Shown one piece after another: positions 24,611 to 36,960 of a stretch of 64,000 bases of DNA. Position numbers and translations under genes: made by a program. The first letter of the stretch is position 1; each line of letters begins with the position of its first letter. Source of the DNA: Chiloscyllium plagiosum (Eukaryota); the NCBI RefSeq assembly GCF_004010195.1, contig NC_057728.1, positions 54,656,719-54,720,718 on the forward strand, written 5' to 3'. The notes under the pieces are model-generated. The model was given only the letters and a program-made list of their open reading frames with translations, was not told where the DNA came from and ran no database searches.

Positions 24611-26805
24611 GTAAGTCAATCCTTTCCTCAGTACCAAGCCTACATTCACTTGTTTTAATGTACTTTATTTTATCAGAAAAGGTTGTAAGTAAACAACACA
24701 GGCCATCTACTTTGATATAACTTTAGAACTTTGTGTGATGGTACAGTGTGAAATGTAAATGACAGCCTATCTAACCTCTCTCCGGATTCTTATTCCCATT
24801 GATTTCAACAAAAATCAGGAAAGATGAGGAACACTAACAAATCTGTCAATAATAGCTCATCCATAGTTGTCACTGGGAAAGTGGGAGTCTGCCATCCTGA
24901 ACCTTAAACTTCCTCCATCACTGATGCTCAGTAGCAGCTGTATGTACCATCTACAAGATGTACAGCAGAAATTCACCAAGACTTCTTCAAAACCATCTTC
25001 CAAACCTACAACTTCTACCAATCCAGAAGGACAAGGGGAGAGGATATTTGGGAACACCACCCCCTGCAAATTCCCTTCCAAGCCACTCACTGTCCAGATT
25101 TGGAAGCATATTGCTGTTCCTTCAGTATCACTGGGTCAGAATCCTGGAACTCGCTCCCTAACAACCCTCTGGATCTATCTAAATCCCAAGGTTCAAGAAG
25201 GCAACTCATCACCACCTTCTCCAGGACAATTAAGGATTGGCAATAAATGCTGACCTCTTCAGAGATACTCACATTTAGTGAATGAATACAAAAATTACTT
25301 AGCTCCAGTACTGAAGGTGTTCTAACAGAGATATTCATGAGGAAAATACAGGATTTTGATCCAGAAATTACATTTATTGAGTCAACTGTTAGTTTTTTTT
25401 CTCTTACCCAGCTGGTGCCACACAAATTGTGGTTAATGAAGGACCTGGAGTACCCACAAGCTCTCGCAATTCGGCCACCAAAGCCCAGGAATCTCAATTC
25501 TATCTGTGCTTGTATTTCTCATTCTCTGCTTCATTCCCATTTGAATTATGAGGGACCTAATACATCCCACCATGATCTAATGCTGTCAGTGTTTTGAGTG
25601 GTGTGCAGTTTGCTGAGAGTGTGAAGTTAAGGTGGTCCTTGAGGCTCCTTTGTATAACCACCAAGCATTTTACATACATACATACACATATAAATAACAA
25701 TATACACACTGAGAACAAAACATGAGCACTCCTTGTGTATTATTTCTCATGTGAAACATAAATAAAGAAATGGAAATGTACAGTGCCTTAGGTGCTCCCA
25801 AGATAATGTGACCACAGTGATGCTTTTCCATTCATGGATGAATCAAATATTGGTGGAATGTGAGTGCAGCAATCTTGTTGATTTGCTTCAAAAATGTAGC
25901 ATTTATCATTTGTGTCAGCTGTGGCTGTGTTGACAGCAGTCCCAACTCTGAGCTTTCCAAGTTCAAGACCTGCTCAAGGCCTTTATCATAAACACAATAG
26001 GCTGGCATTGAAAAGACCAGCCTGACTCACCATTGAAGTAGGGTCAGCACAGAAGTCCGAGCCCTGCTCTTGACTTACTTGCCAGAGGTAGGAAATGGGA
26101 GTATTAGTCCTGTATTTTGCCACCAGGAATGTTTCTTGGTGCCTTGAATCGACTGGCCTTTATCTCAAAACCTTCCCTTCGACATTGCAGCGCTGTTGGG
26201 CATGCTGCTTTTCAGATGAATGAGGAGGATTCTGTGGGACTGGTTCTGAAGGAGAGCAAGAGAGTTATCCATGGTGTCCTGGCTAATATTCATCCTTCAA
26301 TCAATATGACGCAGACAGATTATCTTGTCAATGAACACATTGATGCTTGTGGCAGCACACTAAGTCTTTCCTATGTTATAGCAGCAACTACCCTCCAAAA
26401 GTATTTTATTGACTATTGTATTGTTTGGCTGAAAGTGCCTAATAGGTTCTTTTAAGGTCTTATCAAAATGAATAAAAGAAGACATGTGGACTTCCATACA
26501 AAGCAAATTTATTAGCTTACTCTGTTTTAGATTGATGCAAACTATTAAGTGAATCTATGTCTGCTTTACACATATACAACAAGTGAGTCTCACTGTCTTC
26601 TGCCCACTGGCTTACAGCTAGCACTTGGAGCTCTATCTCAGTTTCCACAGGTCCACGAACCCCAGTCCAATAGTAAAAGGTCCCAAATATCAACGTTATT
26701 CTGAATCTCATATTACGTGCTGTATTTCCAATTCTAAGTCCCTTAACTAAGCATTCGTTTGTGAAGCAAATAGGCCCAGGTGTGTTACAAAGCAGGCCGA
26801 AATGT

Positions 26806-27036
26806 GTACTGCAGTTGCTGGAGATCAGGGTCAAGATTAGAGTGATGATTCCGAGATGCGGTAGTGTGCTTCCAATTAAACCTGTTGGACTATAACCTGG
26901 TGTTGTGTGATTTTTAACTAGATTAGAGTGGTGCTGGAAATGCACAACCGGTCAGGCAGCATCCGAGGAGCAGGAGAATCGACTTTTCGGGCAAATTCCT
27001 GATGAAGGGCTTTTACCCGAAACGTCAATTTTCCAG
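26806..27036. mobile_element. Composite Penelope-like relic with intact hammerhead core at 26999-27026
   Basis: CTGATGA-A-GGGC-TTTT-ACCC-GAAA-CG-TC; nested insert 26848-26919 flanked by a 14-bp duplication. Confidence 0.6.
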
Positions 27037-27319
27037 GTCTTCTGTTGTTACAAATCAGTCTGTCCCCAAGACAAGGCAAGATCACTGCAGTTACCTTCCA
27101 GCCAAAACAGGCTGCTTTTACACTGAGCATGTTTTTAATGTATATTTCTCCAATTGATTATTGCCATGTCCAATTAATCCTTAATAATTAACCCTTAACA
27201 ATCTAATTTGGAGATACCATTTTTAAGCCTAACATGGCAGCTATAAAATGCTTTGAGCAATGTTCAGAGATCCTGAAAAGTGCGATATAAATGGTGAGTC
27301 TTTTTTATCTCTTTCACAG

Positions 27320-27478
27320 GGGCAGATCTTGCTGGGGGACCATGGTGCAGCTGTTGATGACACAAATATACTTGGCAAGAATGGCAGGATATACTCTTTG
27401 ACTGGTGTCCTAGTTCCTCCATCCATCGTCCCAATCCTTCCACATAGATGTGATGACAAAACGTACAGGGTTACCAAG
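27320..27478 (+). CDS. STAB2: STAB2 window-exon 13 (FAS1-2 end)
   Basis: ttcacag|GGG..AAG|gtaaca; GQILLGDHGAAVDDTNILGKNGRIYSLTGVLVPPSIVPILPHRCDDKTYRVTK; 159 nt. Confidence 0.95.
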
Positions 27479-28249
27479 GTAACAGCTGGAAACGACGCAA
27501 CATTAGTTGAAGTGTGCTTGTCATTTTCTGAAAGGTCAAGAGTGTAGTTTGGGAAACAGTCCAATTTCCGCGAACTGTCTGTCTAGATCTGGTGAGTGGG
27601 CAGAAGCAGGAACCGAAATCCACTTTGTCAGTTACCTCAAGGCCAGGTTTGAAATGAAACTTCTGTCTGTGTTGGCAATGAGGGATTTCCTGAGCTAGGA
27701 TCTCTCTTTTGTCCCTGATCTGAGACCAAAGACCAACTCATCATGAGGGGTCCAATCATTGACCTTGACTTACCTGCCTGAGGTTAGAAAATGTGGCAGT
27801 AGCACCTTCTCATCACCAACCCCACCCAAAGCAAAAGATTTCTGGGACGTTGTGAATCACCAGGCCTTTGCCTATGTTCCCTGGCTCCCATGATAGTGGC
27901 TTCTACAAAGCACAGACACCCACCAGGTAGAGAAAGCTTTAGCCTTTTGGTGCTCTCCCTAAAGGAAGATTTTATGCTGCACCAATATAACAATACTTGG
28001 GACAATATCCAGGGCTGACAAGTGGCAACTAATATTTGTGCCACACAAATGCCAGCCAAAGACCATTGCCAATGAGACAATCTAACCCTTGACATTCAAT
28101 AGCATGACCATCACTGAATCCCTCACTATCAACATCCTTGGGGTTACCATTGACCAGAAATTGAACTGGACTCATCATATAAATACAATGGGTACAAGAT
28201 CAGGAAATGTTTGCTGTCTGACCAGACCATTCCTGAATTTGAATGCCCC

Positions 28250-29390
28250 CACCAAATCTCCTCTCGGTTTTTCCTTCTCGAAAGAGAACAGCCCCAGTTC
28301 TGCAATCTATCTTTGGAACTGAAGTTCCTCATCCTTGGAACTATTCCTGTGAATCTCTTCTACAATCTCTCCAATGCAACATTCCGAAAGTGCAGAATCC
28401 AACATTGGTCACACATTCCAGCTGAGGCCAAACTAGTGTCTTAACAAGTTCAACATAACCTCTTCAATCATGTGACCCTATCAATAAAGCCTAGGATACT
28501 GTCCAATTTATTAACTGCTGTTTGCTACCATTGATGGCTAATGCACATGTATAAAGGTCCTTCGCTCTTACATTCCCATTACAATTGTGTCCTTTATTTC
28601 ATTATGTCTCTCCATGTTTTTCCTCACAATGTAACACATTCCATTTCTATGCACTGAACTTCACCTGCCCCCGTCCATCCAATCCACCAATTTGTCAATG
28701 TCCTTTTCAAGTTTAATGCTATTCTCTTCACAGTTTACAATGCTTCCAAGTTTCATATTATCAGAAAATTTTGAAACAATGCCCTGTACTCCCAGATCTA
28801 GACCATTAAAATATATCAGGAAAAGCAAGTATTTCAACACTAACTCAGGGAAACTTCTCACTGGTTAGCATTACTGCCTCACAACGCCAGGGATCCAGGT
28901 TTGATTCCAGCCTCAAGTGACTGTCTGTGTGGAGTTTGCACATTCTCCCCGTGTCTGTGCGAGTATCCTCCGGGTGCTCCGGTTTCCTTCCACAATCCAA
29001 AGATCTGCAGTTTAGGTGGATTGGCCATGCTAAATTGCCCATAGTGTCCCGGAATATGTAGGCTGGGTGGGTTAGCCGTGGGAAATGCAAGGTTACAGGG
29101 ATGGGGTGGGTCTGGGTAGGATGCTCAGCCCATCGAGTTGGCATGAACTCGATGGGCTGAATGGCCTGCTTCCACATTGTACAGATTCTATGATTCTATG
29201 AAGTCTTCCTCCAGTCTGAAAAATAATCTGAACCATTACTCTCTGTTTCCTATCACTAAACCAATTTTGTGTCCATGTTGCCTCTGAACCTTTTATTCCA
29301 TCAGCTCTAACTTTATTCTTATGTCTGTTGTATGGCACTTCTTCAAATGACTTCTGGAAGTTGATGTACATAAATCTAACTATTCTCCTC
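28250..29390 (-). mobile_element. CR1-type LINE RT fragment interrupted by an HE1-like SINE (28860-29200, +)
   Basis: Translations LFLIYFNGLDLGVQGIVSKFSDNMKLG (decayed FADD) and YINFQKSFEEVPYNR...WFSDRKQRV. Confidence 0.8.
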
Positions 29391-30439
29391 GGAACAGCTT
29401 CTTCCAGAGGCAGTGGAGAGAGAAACAGAACTAGGGGGGTATATTTTTAAGGTGAGTGGAGAAGAATTTAAAAGGGACCTGAGAGGCAATGTTTTCACAC
29501 AGAGGGTGGTTTGTATGTGGAATGAACTGTACCTGCATCAACTGTGCAGTTACACCTTTAAAAGACATTTGAACAGGTACATGAATAGGAAAGGTTTAGA
29601 GGGGTATGGGCCAAATTAAGACAAAATGGATGAGTTGAGTTTAGGGAACTTGGTCAGCATAGACTGGTTGAACCAAAGGGTTTGTTTTTATGCTAAATGA
29701 CTCTATGACTCTTAGTCCAATGACTCTTCTTCAGATCAAAAGGCAAATTTGGACATTCCTTCCAGAAAGGACATTAGTGAACCAGATGGCTTTTAATAAT
29801 AATTAATGATAGTTATAACTCCAAGTTTGTATTGAATTTAATTTTTACTTTTTGCCTTGATGGACTATACCTACCTTACTGCCTCACTCCCAAATCAAGA
29901 TTTGTACTAATGTATTTAACCAGCCAACAGTTACTTGCAAATGTAGATAGCTAACACATTCTTGAGATGCCAATAACAAATGTGATTCCAGTAGATTCCA
30001 AAAGTCAAAATAATGAAGCATTTGGCAATTTCTGTAGTATGCAAATACATATCCATATAATATCAGTGAATGGTTACTGTTTTAATAGGTTAGTGTCATC
30101 TTCATACAAGGCCAACCTTGTAACATTCTTTTAAACAATGTTTATTAACAATTTTTACTTGATGATAAAGCAGCAAAGCTCTTTGCTCACAGCTACATTA
30201 ATTCCAACCATTTGGCAGAGTCCTATCACATGACTACTGAGGTCACAGTTCATCACAGCATATCTACGTATTCATTAGACACTGTTTCTACATCTTCAGC
30301 ACAGCAGGAGGCAATTTATCCCATCATGACCGTGCAGGCGCCCAGGAATCACAGATCTGCATTGAACCTGCAGATGGTCAGACGTGGAGCAGACACACAC
30401 CCAAGGAACATTCACAGTGCAATGGCCATCGGCTCTCTA

Positions 30440-33220
30440 GCCCACCCTAGTTCCCACTCCGCTCAGTACAATATTGCCTGTTCCAGCCACTATTCCACCT
30501 CAGTCCCCACTCCGCTCAGTGCCCTACTGCCTGTTCCAGTCACTGCCTAATGGGTGGCACGGTGGCACAGTGGTTAGCACTGCTGCCTCACAGCGCCAGA
30601 GACCCAGGTTCAATTCCCAACTCAGGCGACTGACTGTGTGGAGTTTGCACATTCTCCCCGTGTCTGTGTGGGTTTCCTCCGGGTGCTCCGGTTTCCTCCC
30701 ACAGTCCAAAGATGTGCACGTCAGGTGAATTGGCCATGCTAAATTGCACGTAGTGTTAGGTAAAGGGTAAATGGAGGGGTATGGGTGGGTTGCGCCTCGG
30801 CGGGTCGGTGTGGACATGTTGGGCCGAAGGGCCTGTTACCACACTGTAAGTAATCTAAATCTAAATTTAGTCCCCACTGCGCTCAGTGCCTTACTGCCTA
30901 TTGCAGTCACGACCCCACACTTGTCCCCACTCCGCTCAGTGCCCTACTACCTGTCCCAGTCACTGCCTGACACTAGTCCCAACTCCGCTCAGTGCCTTAC
31001 TGCCCATTGCAGTCACTATTCTACCCTAGTCCCCACTCCACTCAGTACCCTACTGCCTGTTCCAGTCACTAAATGACACTAGTACCCAATCCGCTCAGTG
31101 CCCTACTGCCTGTTCCAGTCACTGCTTGACACTAGACCCCAATCCGCTCAGTGCCCTACTGCCTGTTCCAGTCACTGTCTGACACTAGTCCCCAATCCGC
31201 TCAGTGCCCTACTGCCTGTTCCAGTCACTGCCTGACACTAGTCCCCACTCCGCTCAGTGTCCTACTGCCTGTTCCAGTCATTACTTGACACTAGTACCCA
31301 ATCCGCTCAGTGTCCTACTGCCTGTTCCAGTCACTGCCTGACACTAGTTCCCCACTCCATTCAGTGCCCTACTGCCTGTTCCAGTCACTGCCTGACACTA
31401 GTCCCCACTCCACTCAGTGCCCTACTGCCTGACACTAGTCCCCACTCCACTCAGTGCCCTACTGCCTGTTCCAGTCACTACGCCACACTAGTCCCCACTC
31501 CGCTCAGTGCCCTACCGCCTGTTCCAGTCACTGCCTGACATTAATCCCCACTCTGCTCAGTGCCCTACTGCCTGTCCCAGTCACTAAATGACACTAGTAC
31601 CCATTCCGCTCAGTGCCCTACTGCCTGTTCCAGTCACTGCCTGACACTAGTCCCCAATCCGCTCAGTGCCCTACTGCCTGTTCCAGTCACTACCTGACAC
31701 TAGTCCCCACTGCGCTCAGTGCTTTACTGCCTATTGCAGTCACGACCCCATACTTGTCCCCACTCCACTCAGTGCCCTACTGCCTGTTCCAGTCACTGCC
31801 TGACACTCGTCCCCACTCTGCTTAGTGCCCTACTGCCTGTTCCAGTCACTACCTGACACTAGTACCCATTCCGCTCAGTGCCCTACTGCCTGTTCCAGTC
31901 ACTACCTGACACTAGTACCCATTCCGCTCAATGCCCTACTGCCTGTTCCAGTCACTGCCTGACACAAGTACCCAATCTGCTCAGTGTCCTACTGCCTGTT
32001 CCAGTCACTGCCTGACACTAGTCCCCACTCCACTCAGTGCCCTACTGCGTGTTCCAGTCACGACCCCACACTAATCCCCACTCCACTCAGTGCCCTACTG
32101 CCTGTTCCAGTCACTACCCCACACTAGTCCCCACTCCACTCAGTGCCCTACTGCCTGTTCCAGTCACTGCCTGACACTAATCCCCACTCCACTCAGTGCC
32201 CTACTGCCTGTTCCAGTCACTACCCCACACTAATCCCCACTCCACTCAGTGCCCTACTGCCTTTTCCAATCACTGCCCCACACTAGTCCCCACTCCACTC
32301 AGTGTCCTACTGTCTGTTCCAGTCACTGCCTGACACTAGTCCCCACTCGATTCAGTGCCCTACTGCCTGTTCCAGTCACTACCCCACACTAATCCCCACT
32401 CCACTCAGTGCCCTACTGCCTGTTCCAGTCACTACACCACACTAGTCCCCACTCTACTCAGTGCCCTACTGCCTGTTCCAATCACTGCCCCACACTAGTC
32501 CCCACTCCACTCAGTGTCCTACTGCCTGTTCCAGTCACTACCAAACACTAGTCCCCACTCCACCCAGTGCCCTACTGCCTGTTCCAGTCACTACCAAACA
32601 CTAATCTCCACTCCACTCAGTGCCCTACTGCCTGTTCCAGTCACTACACCACACTAGTCCCAACTCCGCTCAGTGCCCTACTGCCTGTTCCAGTCACTAC
32701 CAAACACTAGTCCCCACTCCGCTCAGTGCCCTACTGTCTGTTCCAGTCACTGCCTGACACTAGTTCCCACTCCACTCAGTGCCCTACTGCCTGTTCCAGT
32801 CACTACCAAACACTAGTCCCCACTCTGCTCAGTGCTCTACTGCCTGTTCCAGTCACTGCCTGACTCTAGTCCCGACTCCACTCAGTGCCCAATTGCCTGT
32901 TCCAGGCATTACCTGACACTAGTCCCCACTCCGCTCAATGCCCTACTGCCTGTTCCAGTCACTGCCTGACACTAGTTCCCACTCCACTCAGTGCCCTACT
33001 GCCTGTTCCAGTCACTGCCTGACTCTAGTCCCACTGCACTCAGTGCCCTACTGCCTGTTCCAGGCATTACCTGACACTAGTCCCCGCTCCGCTCAGTGCC
33101 CTACTGCCTGTTCCAGTCACTGCCTGACACTAGTCCCCACTCTGCTAGTGCCCTACTGCCTGTTCCAGTCACTACCCCACACTAGTGCGCACTCTGTTCA
33201 GTGCCCTACTGCCTGTTCCA
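30440..33220 (+). repeat. 53-bp minisatellite (~45 units) interrupted by a SINE
   Basis: Consensus GCCCTACTGCCTGTTCCAGTCACTGCCTGACACTAGTCCCCACTCCGCTCAGT; period 53 measured at 31088/31141/31194. Confidence 0.95.
30553..30868 (+). mobile_element. Full-length young HE1-like V-SINE inside the minisatellite
   Basis: ggtggcacagtggttagc (A box), ggttcaattccc (B box), gtgtggagtttgcacattctccccg core, CR1-type 3' end and taatct tail. Confidence 0.9.
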
Positions 33221-33340
33221 CTATCTCTTGTGCCTTGACCTTCTTAGGAACGACAGGGTTATCATAGTAAGGTTTAAAAACGTGTGTGGCTCCTGTGCGA
33301 TAGATTGCATTACACTCGTTATTATATTTTTGTTGTTCAG

Positions 33341-33403
33341 GGTTCCTGTGGAAGTTGTGCTAAAATTTTTCTCAGCTCTTGTCCACCTGGAATGGCTCCA
33401 ATG
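33341..33403 (+). CDS. STAB2: STAB2 window-exon 14
   Basis: tgttcag|GGT..ATG|gtaagt; GSCGSCAKIFLSSCPPGMAPM; 63 nt. Confidence 0.9.
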
Positions 33404-33664
33404 GTAAGTGATAATTTGGGTAATTACAGTAAACAAATGACATGCTGATTTAATCAGTTAGTTAATGGTTTCTAGGCTTGTGCACATTTATCTGGTAAAT
33501 GTGTTTTGTTCTGAACAAGGTGAAGGTGGAAGTTACAGAAGGATGTCTGACTGGTCAATGTTTGTAATGATCCTGCTATCTACAGGAGAATTCATATTCT
33601 AAGTGTTTACATAGGAGGTTTCAATATTGATCATTGACCTGAAGACCAGCATAGGTCTTTTTAC

Positions 33665-33880
33665 ATGTTCTCCCCCTGTCTGTGTGGGTTTCCTCCGGGT
33701 GCTCCATTTCCTCCCACAATCCAGAGATGTGCATGTCAGGTGAACTGGCCATGCTAAACTGTCCATAGTGTTAGGTGCATTGTCAGAGGGGAAATGGCTC
33801 TGGGTGGGTTACACTTCAGAGGGTCGGTGTGGACTTGTTGGGCCGAAGGGCCTATTCCCACATTGTAGGGAATTTAATCA
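33665..33880 (+). mobile_element. 5'-truncated HE1-like V-SINE
   Basis: Homologous to 30650-30860. Confidence 0.8.
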
Positions 33881-34736
33881 TAAGAGACGGAAGCATCTCA
33901 TTTAAAAAAAATTAAGAACAAACACTCTCCATTTAGGCAGCACCCTCAAGGTAGAAACACATGTAATTACAGAAAAACTGACGGCAAGCATGGAAGGAGA
34001 TTTGACCCCTTTCATTTTGGTGAGTTTGCTAGGGGCAGGAGAGTATTTATTCAGGGAGGAGGAGGAGATTCTGTCTCCCTCCATCTCCATCTTAAACCTG
34101 TGATGGAAAGTGAACAATCTTCCTTTCTCCTCCAACAGTTAAGGTTCTTAAGAGGGTAGTTAATGCCCACTTAGGGGCTTCAACATGCTGTCACCAATAT
34201 TAGGCCTATGGTTGGGAGGGGCTAATGTCTCATTGAAAGGCACTTGATGCCTGTTTGAGGGGAAGTTGGGGGCCTCACTCCTGAAAGTCAAGCCATTGCC
34301 CCAGTTGCTGATTCTACTATCCCTTCATTTACCTTCCGCCATCGCGGAATATTGTTTTCTAAAGGAGGGGAGATAAAAGAGAGAAATGGAGCAGCAGAGA
34401 GATTGAAAGAGAGAATTCCAGGGCATAACATCTAAAGGGCTGAAGGCATGACCACCAATAGTGGAGTGAAGGAGATCTATGTGTGTTATTAATTTCATTA
34501 TAAATGAACTTTCTGTCTTCTCCCTCATATTCTTCCCCCTCCTCACTAAGGATAGCCCCACATGCATCAATAATCTAATCAAGCCTATTCTCTTTACGTT
34601 CTTGAAGTTATGAAGCACTTTGTATCAGATATGTCTTCCGTGTAACTAAGGTAACGCAGATATCGGGATTGTTATGTTGTTTCTGTGCAATTCAAGAACT
34701 TAAACTGCCGTTTTTGTGATTTACTGTCTGATTTAG

Positions 34737-34832
34737 GACACCTTTACCCATGGCTGCGTTTACATGAGCAAGTTTATAGAATTGAGACTGCCAACACAAG
34801 GCTGCAGCAGAAACTGCAATGAAACAGTAATT
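34737..34832 (+). CDS. STAB2: STAB2 window-exon 15
   Basis: gatttag|GAC..ATT|gtaagt; DTFTHGCVYMSKFIELRLPTQGCSRNCNETVI; 96 nt. Confidence 0.9.
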
Positions 34833-35039
34833 GTAAGTAGAAACCAATATCATGAACATTCAGAATGTAAAGTGCCAGGGTAGAACTTGAACTCAGAGGA
34901 CAGGATTTTACGGGTCTCGTAATGACACTGATACAGAGGATGACAGGAAGCACCATTTATGAGTAAAAATATTGTATTCAGTCGGGTTTAGACAGATAAG
35001 AGGAATCTGATTAAAACGTAAAAATTCGACAAAAAGAAC

Positions 35040-35692
35040 TTGGAGCACAGCATCATAGTCCCTTGAAAGTGGAGTTGCAGGTGGACAGGGTAGTGAAGAA
35101 GGTGTTTGGTAGACTTGCCTTTATTGGTCAGTGAATTGAGTATAGGGTTGGGCTGTCATGTTGCAGCTGTCCAGGACATTGGTGAGGCTGCTTTTAGAAT
35201 ACTGCATTCAATTTTGGTCTCCCTGCTATAAGAAAGATGTTAAAGGGTTTAAAGGGTTTAGAAAAGATTTACAAGGATGTTGCCAGGGTTGGAGGGTTTG
35301 AGCTACTAGGGGAGGTCAAATAGGTTGGATTTGGAGTGTCGGAATCTGAGGGATGACCTTGCAAAGGTTTATAAAATCATATAGGCATTGATAGGGTGAA
35401 TAGCCTTTCCCAATATAGGGGAGTCCAAAACTAGAGAGCATAAGTTTAAGATGAGAGGGGAAAGATTTAAAAGGGACATAAGGGGCCTAAGGGTGGTGTG
35501 TGTATGGAAGTGGTGGAGGCTGCTACAATTACAACATTTAAAAGGCGTCTGGATGGGTATATGAATAGGAAGGTTTAGAGGGATATGGGCTAAATGTTGG
35601 CAAATAGGTGTAGATTAATTTAGGATATCTGTTTGGCAAGGATGAGTTGGACCGAAGGGTCTGTTTCCATGATGTACAACTCTATAACTGTA
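35040..35692 (+). mobile_element. CR1/HER1-type LINE 3' fragment
   Basis: Same family as 36335-36960; decayed LYRTLVRPLLEYC-type region. Confidence 0.8.
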
Positions 35693-36329
35693 TAAGAAGG
35701 CTGGCCAGACTAAATGCAGGGATAATGTTTCCTCTGGGTGGGGAGAACTAGAACCAGGGGACACAAACTCCAGATATAGGGTAGGTCGTTTAGGACTGAG
35801 ATGAGGAAATACTTCTTCTCAAAGGATGGTGAACCTGCGAAAACCTTTTTTTAAATAAGGCGACCAAAACTGTACAAAATACTTCAGATGTGGCCTCACC
35901 AAGGCCCTAAACAGTTGAAGTAAAATGTCCCTACTTTTATATTTCATTCCCTTTGTAACATCCTATTGTCTTCCTAATTATTTGTTAGGCCTTGGGTTGT
36001 TTTTGGGATTCAGGTAGCAGATCCTGTGTACTCCAATGTTCTATATTTCCCTCTTCAGTTAAACGATACAGTTTGCTTATTGTTCCTGCCGTGCTATGAT
36101 TGCCCCGAATTTGTTTCCACTGTACAAACCCCTGAGCACAGCAACGACCTCCAACGTAAAAGTCAATGCGTTAGCCTGCTAATTGGCACATGCAGGTCCT
36201 CCGGGCAGCTGCAAGGCTCTCAGAGGGAATGATGATGCCAAAGTAAAACAACTGTTCTTGTTTTACCGCATATTACTCCATACGCTAAATTTTTGCCCAC
36301 TCACTTAACTGGGAGAAAGTGAGGACTGC

Positions 36330-36960
36330 TGCTCCTGTATTGGTCAGAGTATTGAGTGCAGGAGTTGGGAGGTCATGCGGCTTTATAGGACATTGGTTTG
36401 GGCCACTTTTGGAATATTGTGTGCAATTCTGGTCTCCTTCCAACGGAAGAATGTTATGAAACTTGAAAGAGTGCAGAAAAAATTTACAAGAATGTTGTCA
36501 GGGTTGGAGGATTTGAGCTGGAGCGAGAGGCTGAATAGGCTGGGGCTGTTTCCCCTAGAGCGTTGGAGGCTGAGGGATGACCTTATAGAGGTTTATAAAA
36601 TCATGAAGGGCATGGGTAGGATAAATAGACAAGATCTATGGGTGGGGAGTCCAGAACTAGAGGGCATAGGTTTAGGGTGAGAGGGGAAAGATACAAAAGG
36701 AACCTAAGGGGCAACTTTGTCATGCAGATATGGTGCATGTATGGAATGAGCTGCCAGAAGAAGCGGTGGAAGCTGGTACAATTACTGCACGTAAGAGGCA
36801 TCTGGATGGGAATGTGAATAGGAAGGGTTTAGAGGGATACGGGCCAAGTGCTGACGAATCGGACTAGATTAGATTAGGATATCTGGTCAGCATGGACGAG
36901 TTGGACCGAAGGGTCTGTTTCTGTGCTGTACATCTCTATGACTCTGTGATTCTATGACTG
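36330..36960 (+). mobile_element. CR1/HER1-type LINE 3' fragment nested in a Penelope-like relic
   Basis: LERVQKKFTRMLSGLEDLSWSERLNRLGLFPLERWRLRDDLIEVYKIM; (ctatgact)n tail. Confidence 0.85.

Noticed and set aside
30553..30625. tRNA gene
   Set aside because: The A/B boxes belong to the tRNA-derived head of a SINE and continue into the SINE core and tail; the same applies to all other copies.
30440..33220. CRISPR-like array or repetitive Cys-rich ORFs (CPTACSSH)
   Set aside because: The units are contiguous with no unique spacers, there are no cas genes and the context is eukaryotic. The 53-nt period is not a multiple of 3, and the frames contain stops.
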